A stretch of DNA of 64,000 bases from positions 75,497 through 139,496 of IMG/VR virus record IMGVR_UViG_3300043395_002432, one strand, 5' to 3'. Positions 37,739 through 47,013 of the stretch are shown piece by piece. The number at the start of each line of letters is the position of its first letter. Positions within the stretch are counted from its first letter, which is position 1. The notes below the pieces were generated by a model. That model had not been told where the DNA came from. It made no database searches and worked only from the letters and a program-made list of their open reading frames with translations. A program made the translations under genes and the position numbers. Source of the DNA: a virus.

Positions 37739-38196
37739 GCAGGCCATGCGTCAAGGAAGAGGCTGGGGGCGTCCGAATTCGACTCCGCAAGCTCTTCAAG
37801 CGCGATCTCGGCGTAGCTGTCCTCAGGGTCGTCCGCAAGCGTACAGGCGAACGCGATCCCGTTGATCGTCGTATCCTGAGGATCGGGGAGCGTCTGGTTC
37901 AGGCGGGAGATAGCGTGCGTATCATACGCACGAAACACTAAAGCAGCGCGAGCCACCAAGGGATCGTTCGGCTCGATCTTCAGAAGAACCTCTGCGAATG
38001 CAGCGAACCACTTCCGACGATCCAGACAAAAGGCGAAGAGCGCCGTCTCCTCAGGCGACTCCCTCATGAGGGAACCCCACTCTCGCAGGGTCAGCCCGTC
38101 CTCCATGCTGACGGGCCGCCCAAGGTGCTGGCTGAGGCGTACCACTCGCTCGACTTCGTTCGAACGAGAGCGAGAAAGATGCTCGACCGTGATCAT
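37735..38196 (-). CDS. Hypothetical protein
   Basis: GAGG RBS; behind promoter at 38212-38243. Confidence 0.6.
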   Translation of the reverse strand: MITVEHLSRSRSNEVERVVRLSQHLGRPVSMEDGLTLREWGSLMRESPEETALFAFCLDRRKWFAAFAEVLLKIEPNDPLVARAALVFRAYDTHAISRLNQTLPDPQDTTINGIAFACTLADDPEDSYAEIALEELAESNSDAPSLFLDAWPA

Positions 38197-38211
38197 GTGA
38201 ACCTCACCCCC

Positions 38212-38243
38212 AGCATAGGATCAGGAGAGGGGTGAGGTGTCAA
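38212..38243 (-). promoter_or_regulatory. Promoter (single TGAC box)
   Basis: TTGACA-N20-TATGCT; 14-bp palindrome at 38251 overlaps the position of the upstream box. Confidence 0.5.
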
Positions 38244-38265
38244 GAACCAGCGAATTCGAATTCGC

Positions 38266-41175
38266 TCAGCCCCGCTGCGGGATCTCGCATTTGTCGGTGG
38301 TGCAGTACTTCTCCCCAGAGGCTTCCGCGCCCCCCTGGTAGAAGATCCCCATGTCCTCAATCGGGCGCAGACGAGCCACATGCTCGTCGTAGACCTCCTT
38401 GGTGACCGGAATGAACGGAGCCTGCGGGTAGATCTCCGCATCCGCGTCGTAAGGCTGGAAGGAAACCGACTTCAACTTCCCGTCGTAGAAGGCGAGAATG
38501 CGCGAAATCTGCGGCCCCTCCGTCTTGCGATCAAAGGAGAGCGAGACCGAGACGCTGTTGTCAGACCAGTCATGCTGCATCTGCGCCGCCAACGCCGCCT
38601 TCTCCCACACAGAGACCTGCTGCTCCGTGCGCTGCCAAGGCCGAAGCGCGAGCGGGAAGTACACCACCACCGTCGTGTCAGGTGACGTTACGTCAGGCTC
38701 CACCTTGTAGCCGTGAGCGCGCAAGACCTCTACCTGGGGGTTGAGGACGCTGAGCCGAATCGTCCGCAAGGTGTACGTGCTGCCAGGAAGCCAATGCACC
38801 CCTGGCGTCACACCAAAGACCAAGCCCGTCGTCCCACCCGGCTTCTCCGTCGTCACCCGAATCGACTCTCGAACGCAGAGCCACTCGGAGTAGAGCCGAT
38901 CATACCGACGAATCGCATCGTACCCATGCCGCGTCCACTCCCGAAGCTGAAGCGCACGCCCCGGAGCCTCGTCCAAGAAGTCCGCCACCCCAGAAAGCGA
39001 CAGCCCAATCCGCCGATTCCGCTGCATGATCGCATTCGTCTCCCGCCAATGCGTCGACAGAAGCGTCACCGTCTTCGCATACAGGAACGCCACCTTCAAG
39101 GTGCGCTCAAGCTCCTCCTTCGAGGAATGCCGATTCAAGAACACGTCCACCAACGTGCAACACTCACCAGACTCCAGCGGCTGCTCCCCACAAGGGTTGA
39201 AGCCCTCCACACGCCAATCCCGATTGTCAGGCGGATCAGACAGGCGACCGTACTTCCGCGCCACGTCGATCCAGATCACCCCAGGCTCCCCACGCTCAAT
39301 GATCTGCGGCACCAAGCCAGAGAGATCCGAACCAGACACCACCGCAGGCGAATTGTTCGACATGTAGCCCCAGCCACGACGAGGATCGTCAGGATCGGAA
39401 CTCCAGAAATTCCGCTCAGGGAACCGCGAAGGATCTTTCAAATGCACGAACTCGTCCGTCATCGGCCCAATGAAGATCTCAGCGCTCCGACGCACATTCC
39501 CAGAGACGACGCACACCCCGATCAAATTCCCAATGTCCGCAATCGTCACCAAGTCCAGCAGCGTCCCAGATCGCTCAGACAAGATCTTCCGCAATTGCGC
39601 GTGCAGCCGCTGCAACGGTGCTGGCCCAGCAGCCGTCCCACCAAAGGTCTTGATCGGCTCGCCAGCAGGACGAATCAACGTGTAGTCGAACGACACCTCA
39701 GGCTGGTGCGAGATCAGGTACGAATTCAACAACAGCCGAACCGACTGAACCCACCCCTCACGGGTGTCAGGAACGACGTAGACCTCAGAAGAAGGCTGCG
39801 GCTCATGCACCAAAAACCGACCAGCCCCCTGCGCGTCGAAGCCACAGCCAATCCCAAGCATCGACGCCTCCATGAGGAAGCAGAACGGATACGCAGGATC
39901 GTCATGCCGCATGTCCTTGGTGCTGATGAAGGCGCAATTCGAAGTGTAGATGCCGCTGGCCAGCGTGAACCGCTCCACCCCCGGAACCACCGCACAGTAC
40001 ACCTCTTCCTCTTCGTCAAGCACCTCAATGGAACGCACCCTCATGAAAGAAGGCGTCTCCACGAGTGAGATCTTCCGAAGAGGGGCCGAACGAGGCCCAT
40101 ACTGCGTGTCGCCGCTCTGGGTGTTGATCCCAGTGACGGAGAAGCCAGCCTCAGCCGCATGCAAGATCAGCCAGTCCGCTGCCTCCTGATTCTGGGTGCT
40201 GAGGATGAACCCACCGCAAGCAGACCTGCTGCCGTCAAGCGCAACCCAGCCACGAATGAAGGCTGCGTTGTATTCGGGAGATCGGCCCTGGGGAAGCTCC
40301 TTCATGTTGGTGCTGCTGCGATGATAGGCGACCGGATCGCCATCACAATTCGGCTGGTAGTGATACTTGCTGAAGTAGCTCTTGTACTTCTCCTTTGCAC
40401 CACACAACCGCATGCTGTGCGAGAAATCGCCATTCTTGTACCGATAGCCGACCGATCCATCCGCAAAGATCAGCCCGTGCCGATACGCCTCCTCGTCGAA
40501 CTCAAGCGAGGTCACAGGCGTGCAGGGAACAACGTCACCAACAGAGAGGCTGGTCGTCGTCGTCCCGTCTGCAAGCTCCCAACGATGATTGGGCGTCGCC
40601 ACCTCAACCACTCGGTGGTTGCTCCGCACGTTGTACGGCGCGAAGCTGATCCGCTGGACAGGCTGACGCCCGAACGAACGAACCGTCGCTGGCGTCCAGC
40701 CCGAGCGCGTCCAGACCTCCACCTCCTGATCCACCAAGTCCACAAGCTCGCGGACGCCCTCTCGCGTCAGGATCGACGTGTCGCCCACGAAGCAATTCTG
40801 CAACGCAGCGCTGTTCCGCTGCGTCATCACCAAAGGCGTCCCCATCATCCACAGCCCACGCCCAGGCGGACTCCACTTCATCGTGAAGAGCAGATCGAAC
40901 GCCTCCCGAGCCGAAGTCTGCGCCTTCTTCCCATTGAACGGAATCCGGTTCTGCTTACAGTGATCCTTCTGAATGCTGTACATCCCATTGATCACACGAA
41001 CACAGACGTCCAACCACGACTCCTTGGTGCCGTCCCCCTTCAAACGCGAGTACTTGTCAAGGAACGTCAACTCACCAAGCGATAATCCCGCAGGCGTGCG
41101 ATACCCAAACTCAGGCACACGCCCACGATACTGATCCACGAAGTCCTTGCTTAGCTCGAAGCTGAAGACGCTCAT
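38266..41175 (-). CDS. nrdJ: Class II (B12-dependent, RTPR-type) ribonucleotide reductase with intein
   Basis: PPGRGLW, LQNC, SMLGIGCGFD, VVSGNVRRSAEI, SNN, GEPG, GFNPCGEQPL..CCTL, NRRIGLS, KPGGT, WSDNSVS, C-terminal YCTTDKC. Confidence 0.93.
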   Translation of the reverse strand: MSVFSFELSKDFVDQYRGRVPEFGYRTPAGLSLGELTFLDKYSRLKGDGTKESWLDVCVRVINGMYSIQKDHCKQNRIPFNGKKAQTSAREAFDLLFTMKWSPPGRGLWMMGTPLVMTQRNSAALQNCFVGDTSILTREGVRELVDLVDQEVEVWTRSGWTPATVRSFGRQPVQRISFAPYNVRSNHRVVEVATPNHRWELADGTTTTSLSVGDVVPCTPVTSLEFDEEAYRHGLIFADGSVGYRYKNGDFSHSMRLCGAKEKYKSYFSKYHYQPNCDGDPVAYHRSSTNMKELPQGRSPEYNAAFIRGWVALDGSRSACGGFILSTQNQEAADWLILHAAEAGFSVTGINTQSGDTQYGPRSAPLRKISLVETPSFMRVRSIEVLDEEEEVYCAVVPGVERFTLASGIYTSNCAFISTKDMRHDDPAYPFCFLMEASMLGIGCGFDAQGAGRFLVHEPQPSSEVYVVPDTREGWVQSVRLLLNSYLISHQPEVSFDYTLIRPAGEPIKTFGGTAAGPAPLQRLHAQLRKILSERSGTLLDLVTIADIGNLIGVCVVSGNVRRSAEIFIGPMTDEFVHLKDPSRFPERNFWSSDPDDPRRGWGYMSNNSPAVVSGSDLSGLVPQIIERGEPGVIWIDVARKYGRLSDPPDNRDWRVEGFNPCGEQPLESGECCTLVDVFLNRHSSKEELERTLKVAFLYAKTVTLLSTHWRETNAIMQRNRRIGLSLSGVADFLDEAPGRALQLREWTRHGYDAIRRYDRLYSEWLCVRESIRVTTEKPGGTTGLVFGVTPGVHWLPGSTYTLRTIRLSVLNPQVEVLRAHGYKVEPDVTSPDTTVVVYFPLALRPWQRTEQQVSVWEKAALAAQMQHDWSDNSVSVSLSFDRKTEGPQISRILAFYDGKLKSVSFQPYDADAEIYPQAPFIPVTKEVYDEHVARLRPIEDMGIFYQGGAEASGEKYCTTDKCEIPQRG
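39937..40794 (-). mobile_element. Intein (286 aa) with LAGLIDADG homing endonuclease
   Basis: N-splice CFVGDTSILT, block B ATPNHRW, GLIFADGS and FIRGWVALDGS, C-splice VYCAVV..GIYTSN followed by +1 Cys. Confidence 0.9.
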
Positions 41176-41208
41176 CCCTCTCTCCTCCAGAACTCAACCT
41201 GTATCCCG

Positions 41209-41400
41209 TCAGATGCCTTTTTGCCCAAACGCAGAGAGCGTCACGATCCGCTCAGTGACGCCCTCCACGAACCACAAAGGAAGCTCGCATTCCACCAAGT
41301 AGACCTCAGGGGTAGCGACCTCCACCACGAAGACCACAGAATCAGGGGAACGCTCCACACGATCCACCACCAAGAACAGGAACGCCAAGCCCTCAAGCAT
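41209..41400 (-). CDS. Small hypothetical protein
   Basis: GGAGG RBS. Confidence 0.55.
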   Translation of the reverse strand: MLEGLAFLFLVVDRVERSPDSVVFVVEVATPEVYLVECELPLWFVEGVTERIVTLSAFGQKGI

Positions 41401-41451
41401 CGATGCCTCCCAAGGAACCCTTAGCGCCCACAGCGAACGAATTCGAATTCG

Positions 41452-41643
41452 TTACGCCAACAACGCAGCTCGCGCACCACGAAGGCGTAGCGCAGCCTGG
41501 AAGAGAAGATCAGAGGCAGCCTGCGCCTCAGCACGGAAACGCGCCGAAGTCTCCTCCTCCAACGCCTCGTCCACAGATGCCTGCGCCTCCTCCACCGACT
41601 CCAACACCTCGCTCAACGAATCCACCAAGAAGTCAACGTCCAC
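41452..41643 (-). CDS. Small acidic helical protein
   Basis: AAGGAGGTGA RBS. Confidence 0.6.
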   Translation of the reverse strand: MDVDFLVDSLSEVLESVEEAQASVDEALEEETSARFRAEAQAASDLLFQAALRLRGARAALLA

Positions 41644-41656
41644 TTCTCACCTCCTT

Positions 41657-41693
41657 GAAAAAGGAAACCCCTCTCAAGCTGGAGAGGGGTTTC
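41657..41693 (-). terminator. Rho-independent terminator
   Basis: GAAACCCCTCTC-N6-GAGAGGGGTTTC then CTTTTT on minus strand. Confidence 0.75.
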
Positions 41694-41770
41694 GTGGCGG
41701 ATCACTCCGCGACCCGAACTTTGTTTGCTGGACAGGATTCGAGTCAGCTCTGCGAGCCACCAAGAACCTA

Positions 41771-43483
41771 TCACGAATCGCGCCGAGACGCACGCGGATC
41801 GCTCACCAAGAGCCGCGCAATGAAGAAGTTCCCATCCTTGTCCACACGCGCCCCAGGAAGACGCCCATTCGCACCAGCAGCAAAGACCGCAGGATCAAGC
41901 GAACCCCCACGCCCAACCACAGAGAGAAACCCTGAACCCACCAACGTCAACACAGATCGAACCTCCTCAGAAGCGTAGAACGAATCCAACGCCGAACGAT
42001 CCACAAGCGGCACCTCAAGCCCAAGCAAGATCTGAAAACCACGCTTCGACGTCTCAACCACATTCATTCGACCACTGAACAACGGATGCCCCTTCACCAC
42101 CTCTCGAAACCCAGCCAAGACACGCGCCTCCTCCTCACGCCCCTCACGCGACAAAGGCGAGTAGGAACGACGCTCAAGCTGGTCAAGGTCGAACAATACA
42201 TACTCCCCAGCAACCGCCTCAAACCCTGAAGGACTCAACGTCGACCACGAACCATCCCCAAGCGTGACCTCAACCTCCTCCCGATGCGTCATCTCATGTA
42301 TCGAAATGTACTGATCCGGGTAGACCTGCTTTGGTGCCTCATGCGCGGCACGAGCCTCAAGACGAGCCGCCATGCTCAGATACCGATCACTCGTCTCATT
42401 CGCCGCAAACGAACGCGTCGAACGGGCCGATACAACCATCTGATCCATCACGTCCACACGCGAAGCATACCGACGACGCGCATACCGACCACCACGAGAA
42501 GACCCCTCATACACCGTCGTCCGAACCGCACCAAAACGCCTCACACGCGAACGCCAAGCCTCAATCGCCCCCTCACGCCGAATCAATCCAGACGCCCGAT
42601 ACCGACCAGCACGAACCTTCCGAGCCTCGTACCAAGAAACCACAGAAGCGTCGCCAGTAGAAGGAAAGTCGAACGGTAGCTCATCCTCCATCATGACGCT
42701 TCGCTCGGGAAGATCCTCGAACGGCTCCTCTGAAGGAAGCGAAGAAGGAAGCGAGGAACGCGACGACGGAAGCACCTCCACAGGAGCGCGTGAAGGATCG
42801 AGCAGACGCACCAAGAGCTGCCCCCCCTCCTCCTTCCAGCCACCTATGGCACGACCACACGCGAAGCAGAACACCGCACGAGAACCAACCTCCAGCAACG
42901 TAGCCGAAGGCGTCCGCTCCATGCCCCCCTTGTGGATCGGACACCGAACCATGATCCCACGACCACGACGACCAGCCACGTCCTCAGGAGCAAGCACGCG
43001 CCACTCAGAGAACCGAGAGGAACGAAGCACGGAAAGATCCAAGCCGTACCGAGTAGCACCAACACGAAGCTCCTCTCGAACCCCCCGAAGTACCTCAACC
43101 CCAAGATCCGAGAGCTGATACAACGAGCCACGATACCCAAGCAGCCGCGCATTCGAATTCGTTTCCACCAAGACCTCAGGCCCAAGCACTACGACAAGGC
43201 GCTCCAAGATCTCCCGAGCCAGCCCCTCAGAGATCCGATCTGAGCCGTCAGCCAATGCCAGAGGAAAACGACCGCTCGCGTAGTAGCGGCGACACCGATC
43301 AATGGGCTTCCCAGCCTCATGCAAGCGACAGAAGTCTGAGACCACATGGAGGAGGGCTGCAGCAACAAGGGGGCGGCGAGAAGGTCGAAGCTCGACGAAG
43401 GAGAGAAGCTCCAGAACGCAACGTCGAACGAATCGAGCGGTTCGCGTTTTTTTCGCTTGTTGAGGTGGTCTGCTAACGCTCAT
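41771..43483 (-). CDS. Putative replication initiator / AEP (RepB-like) primase with zinc finger
   Basis: RCPIH..ERTPSA..FCFACG zinc finger; C-terminal VLFDLD, VETSKRGFQI, LD..GRLPG resembling AEP motifs; GGAG RBS before ATG 43483. Confidence 0.6.
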   Translation of the reverse strand: MSVSRPPQQAKKTRTARFVRRCVLELLSFVELRPSRRPLVAAALLHVVSDFCRLHEAGKPIDRCRRYYASGRFPLALADGSDRISEGLAREILERLVVVLGPEVLVETNSNARLLGYRGSLYQLSDLGVEVLRGVREELRVGATRYGLDLSVLRSSRFSEWRVLAPEDVAGRRGRGIMVRCPIHKGGMERTPSATLLEVGSRAVFCFACGRAIGGWKEEGGQLLVRLLDPSRAPVEVLPSSRSSLPSSLPSEEPFEDLPERSVMMEDELPFDFPSTGDASVVSWYEARKVRAGRYRASGLIRREGAIEAWRSRVRRFGAVRTTVYEGSSRGGRYARRRYASRVDVMDQMVVSARSTRSFAANETSDRYLSMAARLEARAAHEAPKQVYPDQYISIHEMTHREEVEVTLGDGSWSTLSPSGFEAVAGEYVLFDLDQLERRSYSPLSREGREEEARVLAGFREVVKGHPLFSGRMNVVETSKRGFQILLGLEVPLVDRSALDSFYASEEVRSVLTLVGSGFLSVVGRGGSLDPAVFAAGANGRLPGARVDKDGNFFIARLLVSDPRASRRDS

Positions 43484-43606
43484 GACTCCCGTCCAGCACC
43501 TTGAAGATAGCACGGCATGGGCTTTGGTGCTGAGAAGAGGAATGAGATGAGAGACCCCCCCAGACCCCCCCCCCACCGCGAGATCAGCACCTCTACCTCC
43601 GACATA

Positions 43607-43669
43607 GAAGTGTCTTAGTTCGGGAAGACGAAGACCCCAACGAAGGCGACTTTTCAGATCGTACTTTCG
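43607..43669. repeat. Fourth copy of bipartite motif upstream of Rep-like gene
   Basis: GAAGTGTCTTAGTTCGGGA at 43607, CGTACTTTCG at 43660 (+53). Confidence 0.85.
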
Positions 43670-43753
43670 ACGACCACGAGGACGACTGCACCAAGCCCTG
43701 TCCACGAACGAAAAGAGGCACCCCAGGGGATGCCTCAGCGAAGTCGAATTCGC

Positions 43754-44575
43754 TCAGAACGCGGAGATCGAAGGGATCGCCTCCCGCGACCGGGCCAACG
43801 TGATCGAGTAGCTCTGACCAGAATGCTCCCGAGCCAGCTCCGCGTACTTCCGAGCCAGCTCATGGGTATTGGTGCTGTTCGAGATATGCCCCACCACCAA
43901 GTGCCGAAGCGAGGGCGTATTCCCAACGAGAAGCCTGTAAGCCTGCTCATTGCTCAGATGCCCGTAGTCCCCGCGAATTCGCGTTCGCACCGACGACGGG
44001 TACTCTGAATTCAGGAGCATCTCAGGGTCGTGATTGAATTCCATCACCAAGATCTCGACCTCTTTCAGCCGCTCCCGAATCACCGAGGTCGCCCGACCCA
44101 GATCCGTACAGACCATTGCCGTCGAATGGCTGTTGGACACCAAGAAGCACACAGGCTCCCGAGTGTCATGCGGAACAGGGATCGCCTCAATCTTTAGGTG
44201 CTTGACGAAGAAGACCGAACGCTCGATCACCTCTTGGCACCGAATCTTGCCCCGCTCCAGATTCTTCGACCCCTCCCACGTCCCCCGCGTAGCCCACACG
44301 TCAGGCATGCAGCCCCGGCCAGCCAACGCCCGCTGCACAACGCCAACGCCACCAACATGGTCGATATGCTCATGCGTAATGAGGATCGAATCAATCGGGT
44401 GGCGCTCTAAACCCCCAGCAGCCTCTAAGCCTTGCTGAAGCCTCATGTTCGACCCACCGCAGTCGATCAGAACGCCAGCATGATCGTCCCCTACCCAGGT
44501 GCAATTGCCTTGCGACCCCGAGGTGAGGGAAAGAAGCCGAAGAGGCTTTGCCAGCCGAACCCCCCTCAGGCGCAT
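43754..44575 (-). CDS. MBL-fold metallo-hydrolase (YycJ/WalJ-like)
   Basis: SGSQGNC, LIDCG, THEHIDH, HDTREP, TDLG, EFNHDPEML, GHLSN, GHIS. Confidence 0.88.
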   Translation of the reverse strand: MRLRGVRLAKPLRLLSLTSGSQGNCTWVGDDHAGVLIDCGGSNMRLQQGLEAAGGLERHPIDSILITHEHIDHVGGVGVVQRALAGRGCMPDVWATRGTWEGSKNLERGKIRCQEVIERSVFFVKHLKIEAIPVPHDTREPVCFLVSNSHSTAMVCTDLGRATSVIRERLKEVEILVMEFNHDPEMLLNSEYPSSVRTRIRGDYGHLSNEQAYRLLVGNTPSLRHLVVGHISNSTNTHELARKYAELAREHSGQSYSITLARSREAIPSISAF

Positions 44576-44579
44576 GACG

Positions 44580-44753
44580 CTACCAGACGATCCATGCGAT
44601 CACCCCCCCGATCACGAAATTCCAGAACGCCAGCCCAAGCCCCGAGAGGACGCGCCCCAGGACGCCCCGCGTCAAGAAGTTGAGGAGGCTCGCCTCCTCC
44701 GCACTCAGCTCGCCCGCCCCGTAGTCCACCCCAGCCCGAAATTCCTGACACAT
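44580..44753 (-). CDS. 57-aa membrane protein (below ORF-track cutoff)
   Basis: GGAGG RBS; MCQEFRAGVDYGAGELSAEEASLLNFLTRGVLGRVLSGLGLAFWNFVIGGVIAWIVW; directly behind promoter. Confidence 0.6.
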   Translation of the reverse strand: MCQEFRAGVDYGAGELSAEEASLLNFLTRGVLGRVLSGLGLAFWNFVIGGVIAWIVW

Positions 44754-44774
44754 GAAGACCTCCGTCGCCCCCTG

Positions 44775-44818
44775 AAGCTAACCCCAACCCCTCAGAGATC
44801 TTGTCAAGAACGTGTCAG
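44775..44818 (-). promoter_or_regulatory. Tandem-TGAC promoter
   Basis: CTGACA-cgttc-TTGACA-N21-TAGCTT; abuts 14-bp palindrome at 44819. Confidence 0.6.
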
Positions 44819-44839
44819 CGAAGTCGAATTCGTTCCTGC

Positions 44840-46183
44840 TTACACCAAGCCAAGGACGAGCAACCACGACGGTGAGCCGTCCGGGCCGAATCCTTCCGGC
44901 TCGACCTTCTTGCCGGTCACCGACTTCGCAATGCCATCGCCCATTTTCTCAATGGCCGACCATGTCGGCATCTTCATGAAGGGCTTTCCGAAGATGCCCT
45001 CCAAGTACTTGGTGCTGATGCGGGTGTTCGGGCGCGAGGCGAAGTCGACGATGGCCATTGCCGGATTGGCCTCGTCAAAGCGAACGGTCGCTTTCTCCCC
45101 TGCCTGAAGGACGGTGCCGTCCTTCAGCTTCAGCGAGTCCTTCTTCAGGGTCACGGGAATGCCCGTATTCGGCTTACCAGCAGCTTCCTTCAGCGGCTTC
45201 CGCACCACGGTCTTGTACTTCCAGGGGTAGGCCGCGACGGCAGCCTTCAGCTCTGCCATTGCTGCCTCTACCTTGCGAGGAGATTGGCTCACCCCCATCG
45301 CATGAAAGACGTCCTGAGCCTTCGCAAGCATGGCACCAACGGTCGGGCCTGTCCTCGGAGCATACCCGTTCACCTTGCGCCACGCATCGCCCAGCTTCTC
45401 GAGCGCGAGAACCAGCTCCTCGGAGTCGTCAGCGAACTCGTACCGATCCACCTCGGCTGTCGTCCAAGTGTCCTTCACCCGGTCGTAGGTCGCATAAAGC
45501 TGGCGAATGAGCGACATCAGCTCCCGCTCCTCCTCCTCGGACGGCTCCCCATTGGCACCAATCGCCTCCCAGACCTCTCCGCCATCCTTCAGCGCCGAGT
45601 GAAGCTCGTCCTCCATGTCGTTCTTGAACGCCTGAAGGTTCCCGTCGAAGCCCTGGAACTCCTTCCAGAATTCCCGAGCCATTGCGGGAAGCACGTCCTC
45701 CGCCTCGGAGCCAAAGAATGCCTTGGTGAAGGAATCCAGCGTGTAGCCCTTCGCGTGCGGATTGACCTTCTGCTCACCAAAGGACGCCGTGGAGTCCTTC
45801 AGGAAGGAACGCGCTGCCGTCTCCCCCTTCTTGGTGAGCGAGTAGAGGTCAGGGGCGTTGTCGACCTCGACCCCGTAACGGCCCATGCGATCCCCCGAGC
45901 CAGAGGCGACCTGCTGGGCGTAGCCCTTGTCCTCGAGCGCCCCCAATGCCTGCTCGATCTCAGCGAGGCTCGTCTTCCTCTTGGTGCCACGGTTCATCTC
46001 CGCCTCAATGTCCTCGGGAGAGACCTGCATGCCGCCGCTGTAATCCTGAATGTCCGCCATGATCGCCAGGACGAACATCCACGTCTCAATCCCCTTCCCC
46101 TTCGTGGCCCGGATCAAGCCCTTCAGGGTCGTGTACTGAGGAACCCCCTCCACCAACGCCAACGTCTCAACCAGCCACTTCAT
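44840..46183 (-). CDS. Putative internal head protein (multi-domain)
   Basis: N-terminus MKWLVETLALVEG; wHTH-like N-domain; C-terminal VEPEGFGPDGSPSWL. Confidence 0.6.
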   Translation of the reverse strand: MKWLVETLALVEGVPQYTTLKGLIRATKGKGIETWMFVLAIMADIQDYSGGMQVSPEDIEAEMNRGTKRKTSLAEIEQALGALEDKGYAQQVASGSGDRMGRYGVEVDNAPDLYSLTKKGETAARSFLKDSTASFGEQKVNPHAKGYTLDSFTKAFFGSEAEDVLPAMAREFWKEFQGFDGNLQAFKNDMEDELHSALKDGGEVWEAIGANGEPSEEEERELMSLIRQLYATYDRVKDTWTTAEVDRYEFADDSEELVLALEKLGDAWRKVNGYAPRTGPTVGAMLAKAQDVFHAMGVSQSPRKVEAAMAELKAAVAAYPWKYKTVVRKPLKEAAGKPNTGIPVTLKKDSLKLKDGTVLQAGEKATVRFDEANPAMAIVDFASRPNTRISTKYLEGIFGKPFMKMPTWSAIEKMGDGIAKSVTGKKVEPEGFGPDGSPSWLLVLGLV

Positions 46184-46269
46184 CGCTCACCTCAAGGTGG
46201 CGATAACACCCACGTTACAGAAGTGACAAGGGACACCACTTGGTGTCCCCGTCGAAGTCGAATTCGTCC

Positions 46270-47004
46270 TCAGTCCCTCAGACCGCCCACCAAGCTCCCC
46301 ATCTCCAGAGAGATCCCGAGCTTTGCAAGAAGCCCATGAGCCTTGTCGAGCCGCGTCTCCGCCTCAACAAATTGGATACGGACGTCGTCCAGAGACGTGG
46401 CGAACCGCGAGACCTCTTGGCGAACCGCCTTGACCCCGTTGGTGAAATTCGCCTCCTCCTCTGTCGCCAGCTTGACAGCCGCATCCGGCTTGCCATTGGC
46501 CAGACTGTACAGCCTCGGCACGAAATTGAGGGGCTTTACCGTGATGCGTTGCCCGAGCTTCTTCTCGCAGAGGATCTCCAGCCGCGTGTGGGCATCCATG
46601 AAGGCGAGCAGGGTCTTGCGGCTGTCCGCCATGAATTTCTCCGTGTAAGAGGCCGCATCCTTCAATGCGGGGAGGATTCGCTGAACCTCTCGAGCCGCAG
46701 CCGAGAATTGCTCCCGAGCCTCGTTCAACGCCTCGATCTCTTTCGCCAGAACCTCGCTCGCCGCAGGAGAGGAGGATTCCTCGACCCGCCCCTCCACGAC
46801 CCCCTCGATCCGCTTCACCGAGTACTTCACGCCGGGGACGTTCTTCTTGGCCCAGGCATGCGCCTCGGCCTCGGTGGCGTAAGCCCCACGCGTCAGCGTC
46901 TTGGTGGCGTGCTGCCACTCCGTCTTGCCGGGAGGGAGAACCACCGTGAAGTAGGCTTCCCCCTCCAGGGCGGTTTCTGCGATCAGTTGTGCGAGCGTCT
47001 TCAT
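46270..47004 (-). CDS. Putative internal head protein
   Basis: N-terminus MKTLAQLIAET resembles T4 capsid-targeting sequence. Confidence 0.65.
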   Translation of the reverse strand: MKTLAQLIAETALEGEAYFTVVLPPGKTEWQHATKTLTRGAYATEAEAHAWAKKNVPGVKYSVKRIEGVVEGRVEESSSPAASEVLAKEIEALNEAREQFSAAAREVQRILPALKDAASYTEKFMADSRKTLLAFMDAHTRLEILCEKKLGQRITVKPLNFVPRLYSLANGKPDAAVKLATEEEANFTNGVKAVRQEVSRFATSLDDVRIQFVEAETRLDKAHGLLAKLGISLEMGSLVGGLRD

Positions 47005-47013
47005 GTTGTCTCC

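Noticed and set aside
41694-41762. tRNA gene (contains GGATTCGAGTC and ends in CCACCA)
   Set aside because: No 7-bp acceptor stem, proper T-arm or anticodon arm; I found no convincing tRNA in the window
43484-43705. N-terminal extensions given by the ORF track (also 9553-9957, 16849-17118, 21324-21545, 2365-2499)
   Set aside because: They overlap other genes or regulatory motifs; better RBS-linked starts lie downstream
43754-44575. Apyc1 anti-Pycsar or beta-lactamase call
   Set aside because: Motifs (EFNHD, GHLSN, GHIS) fit the YycJ/WalJ subfamily better
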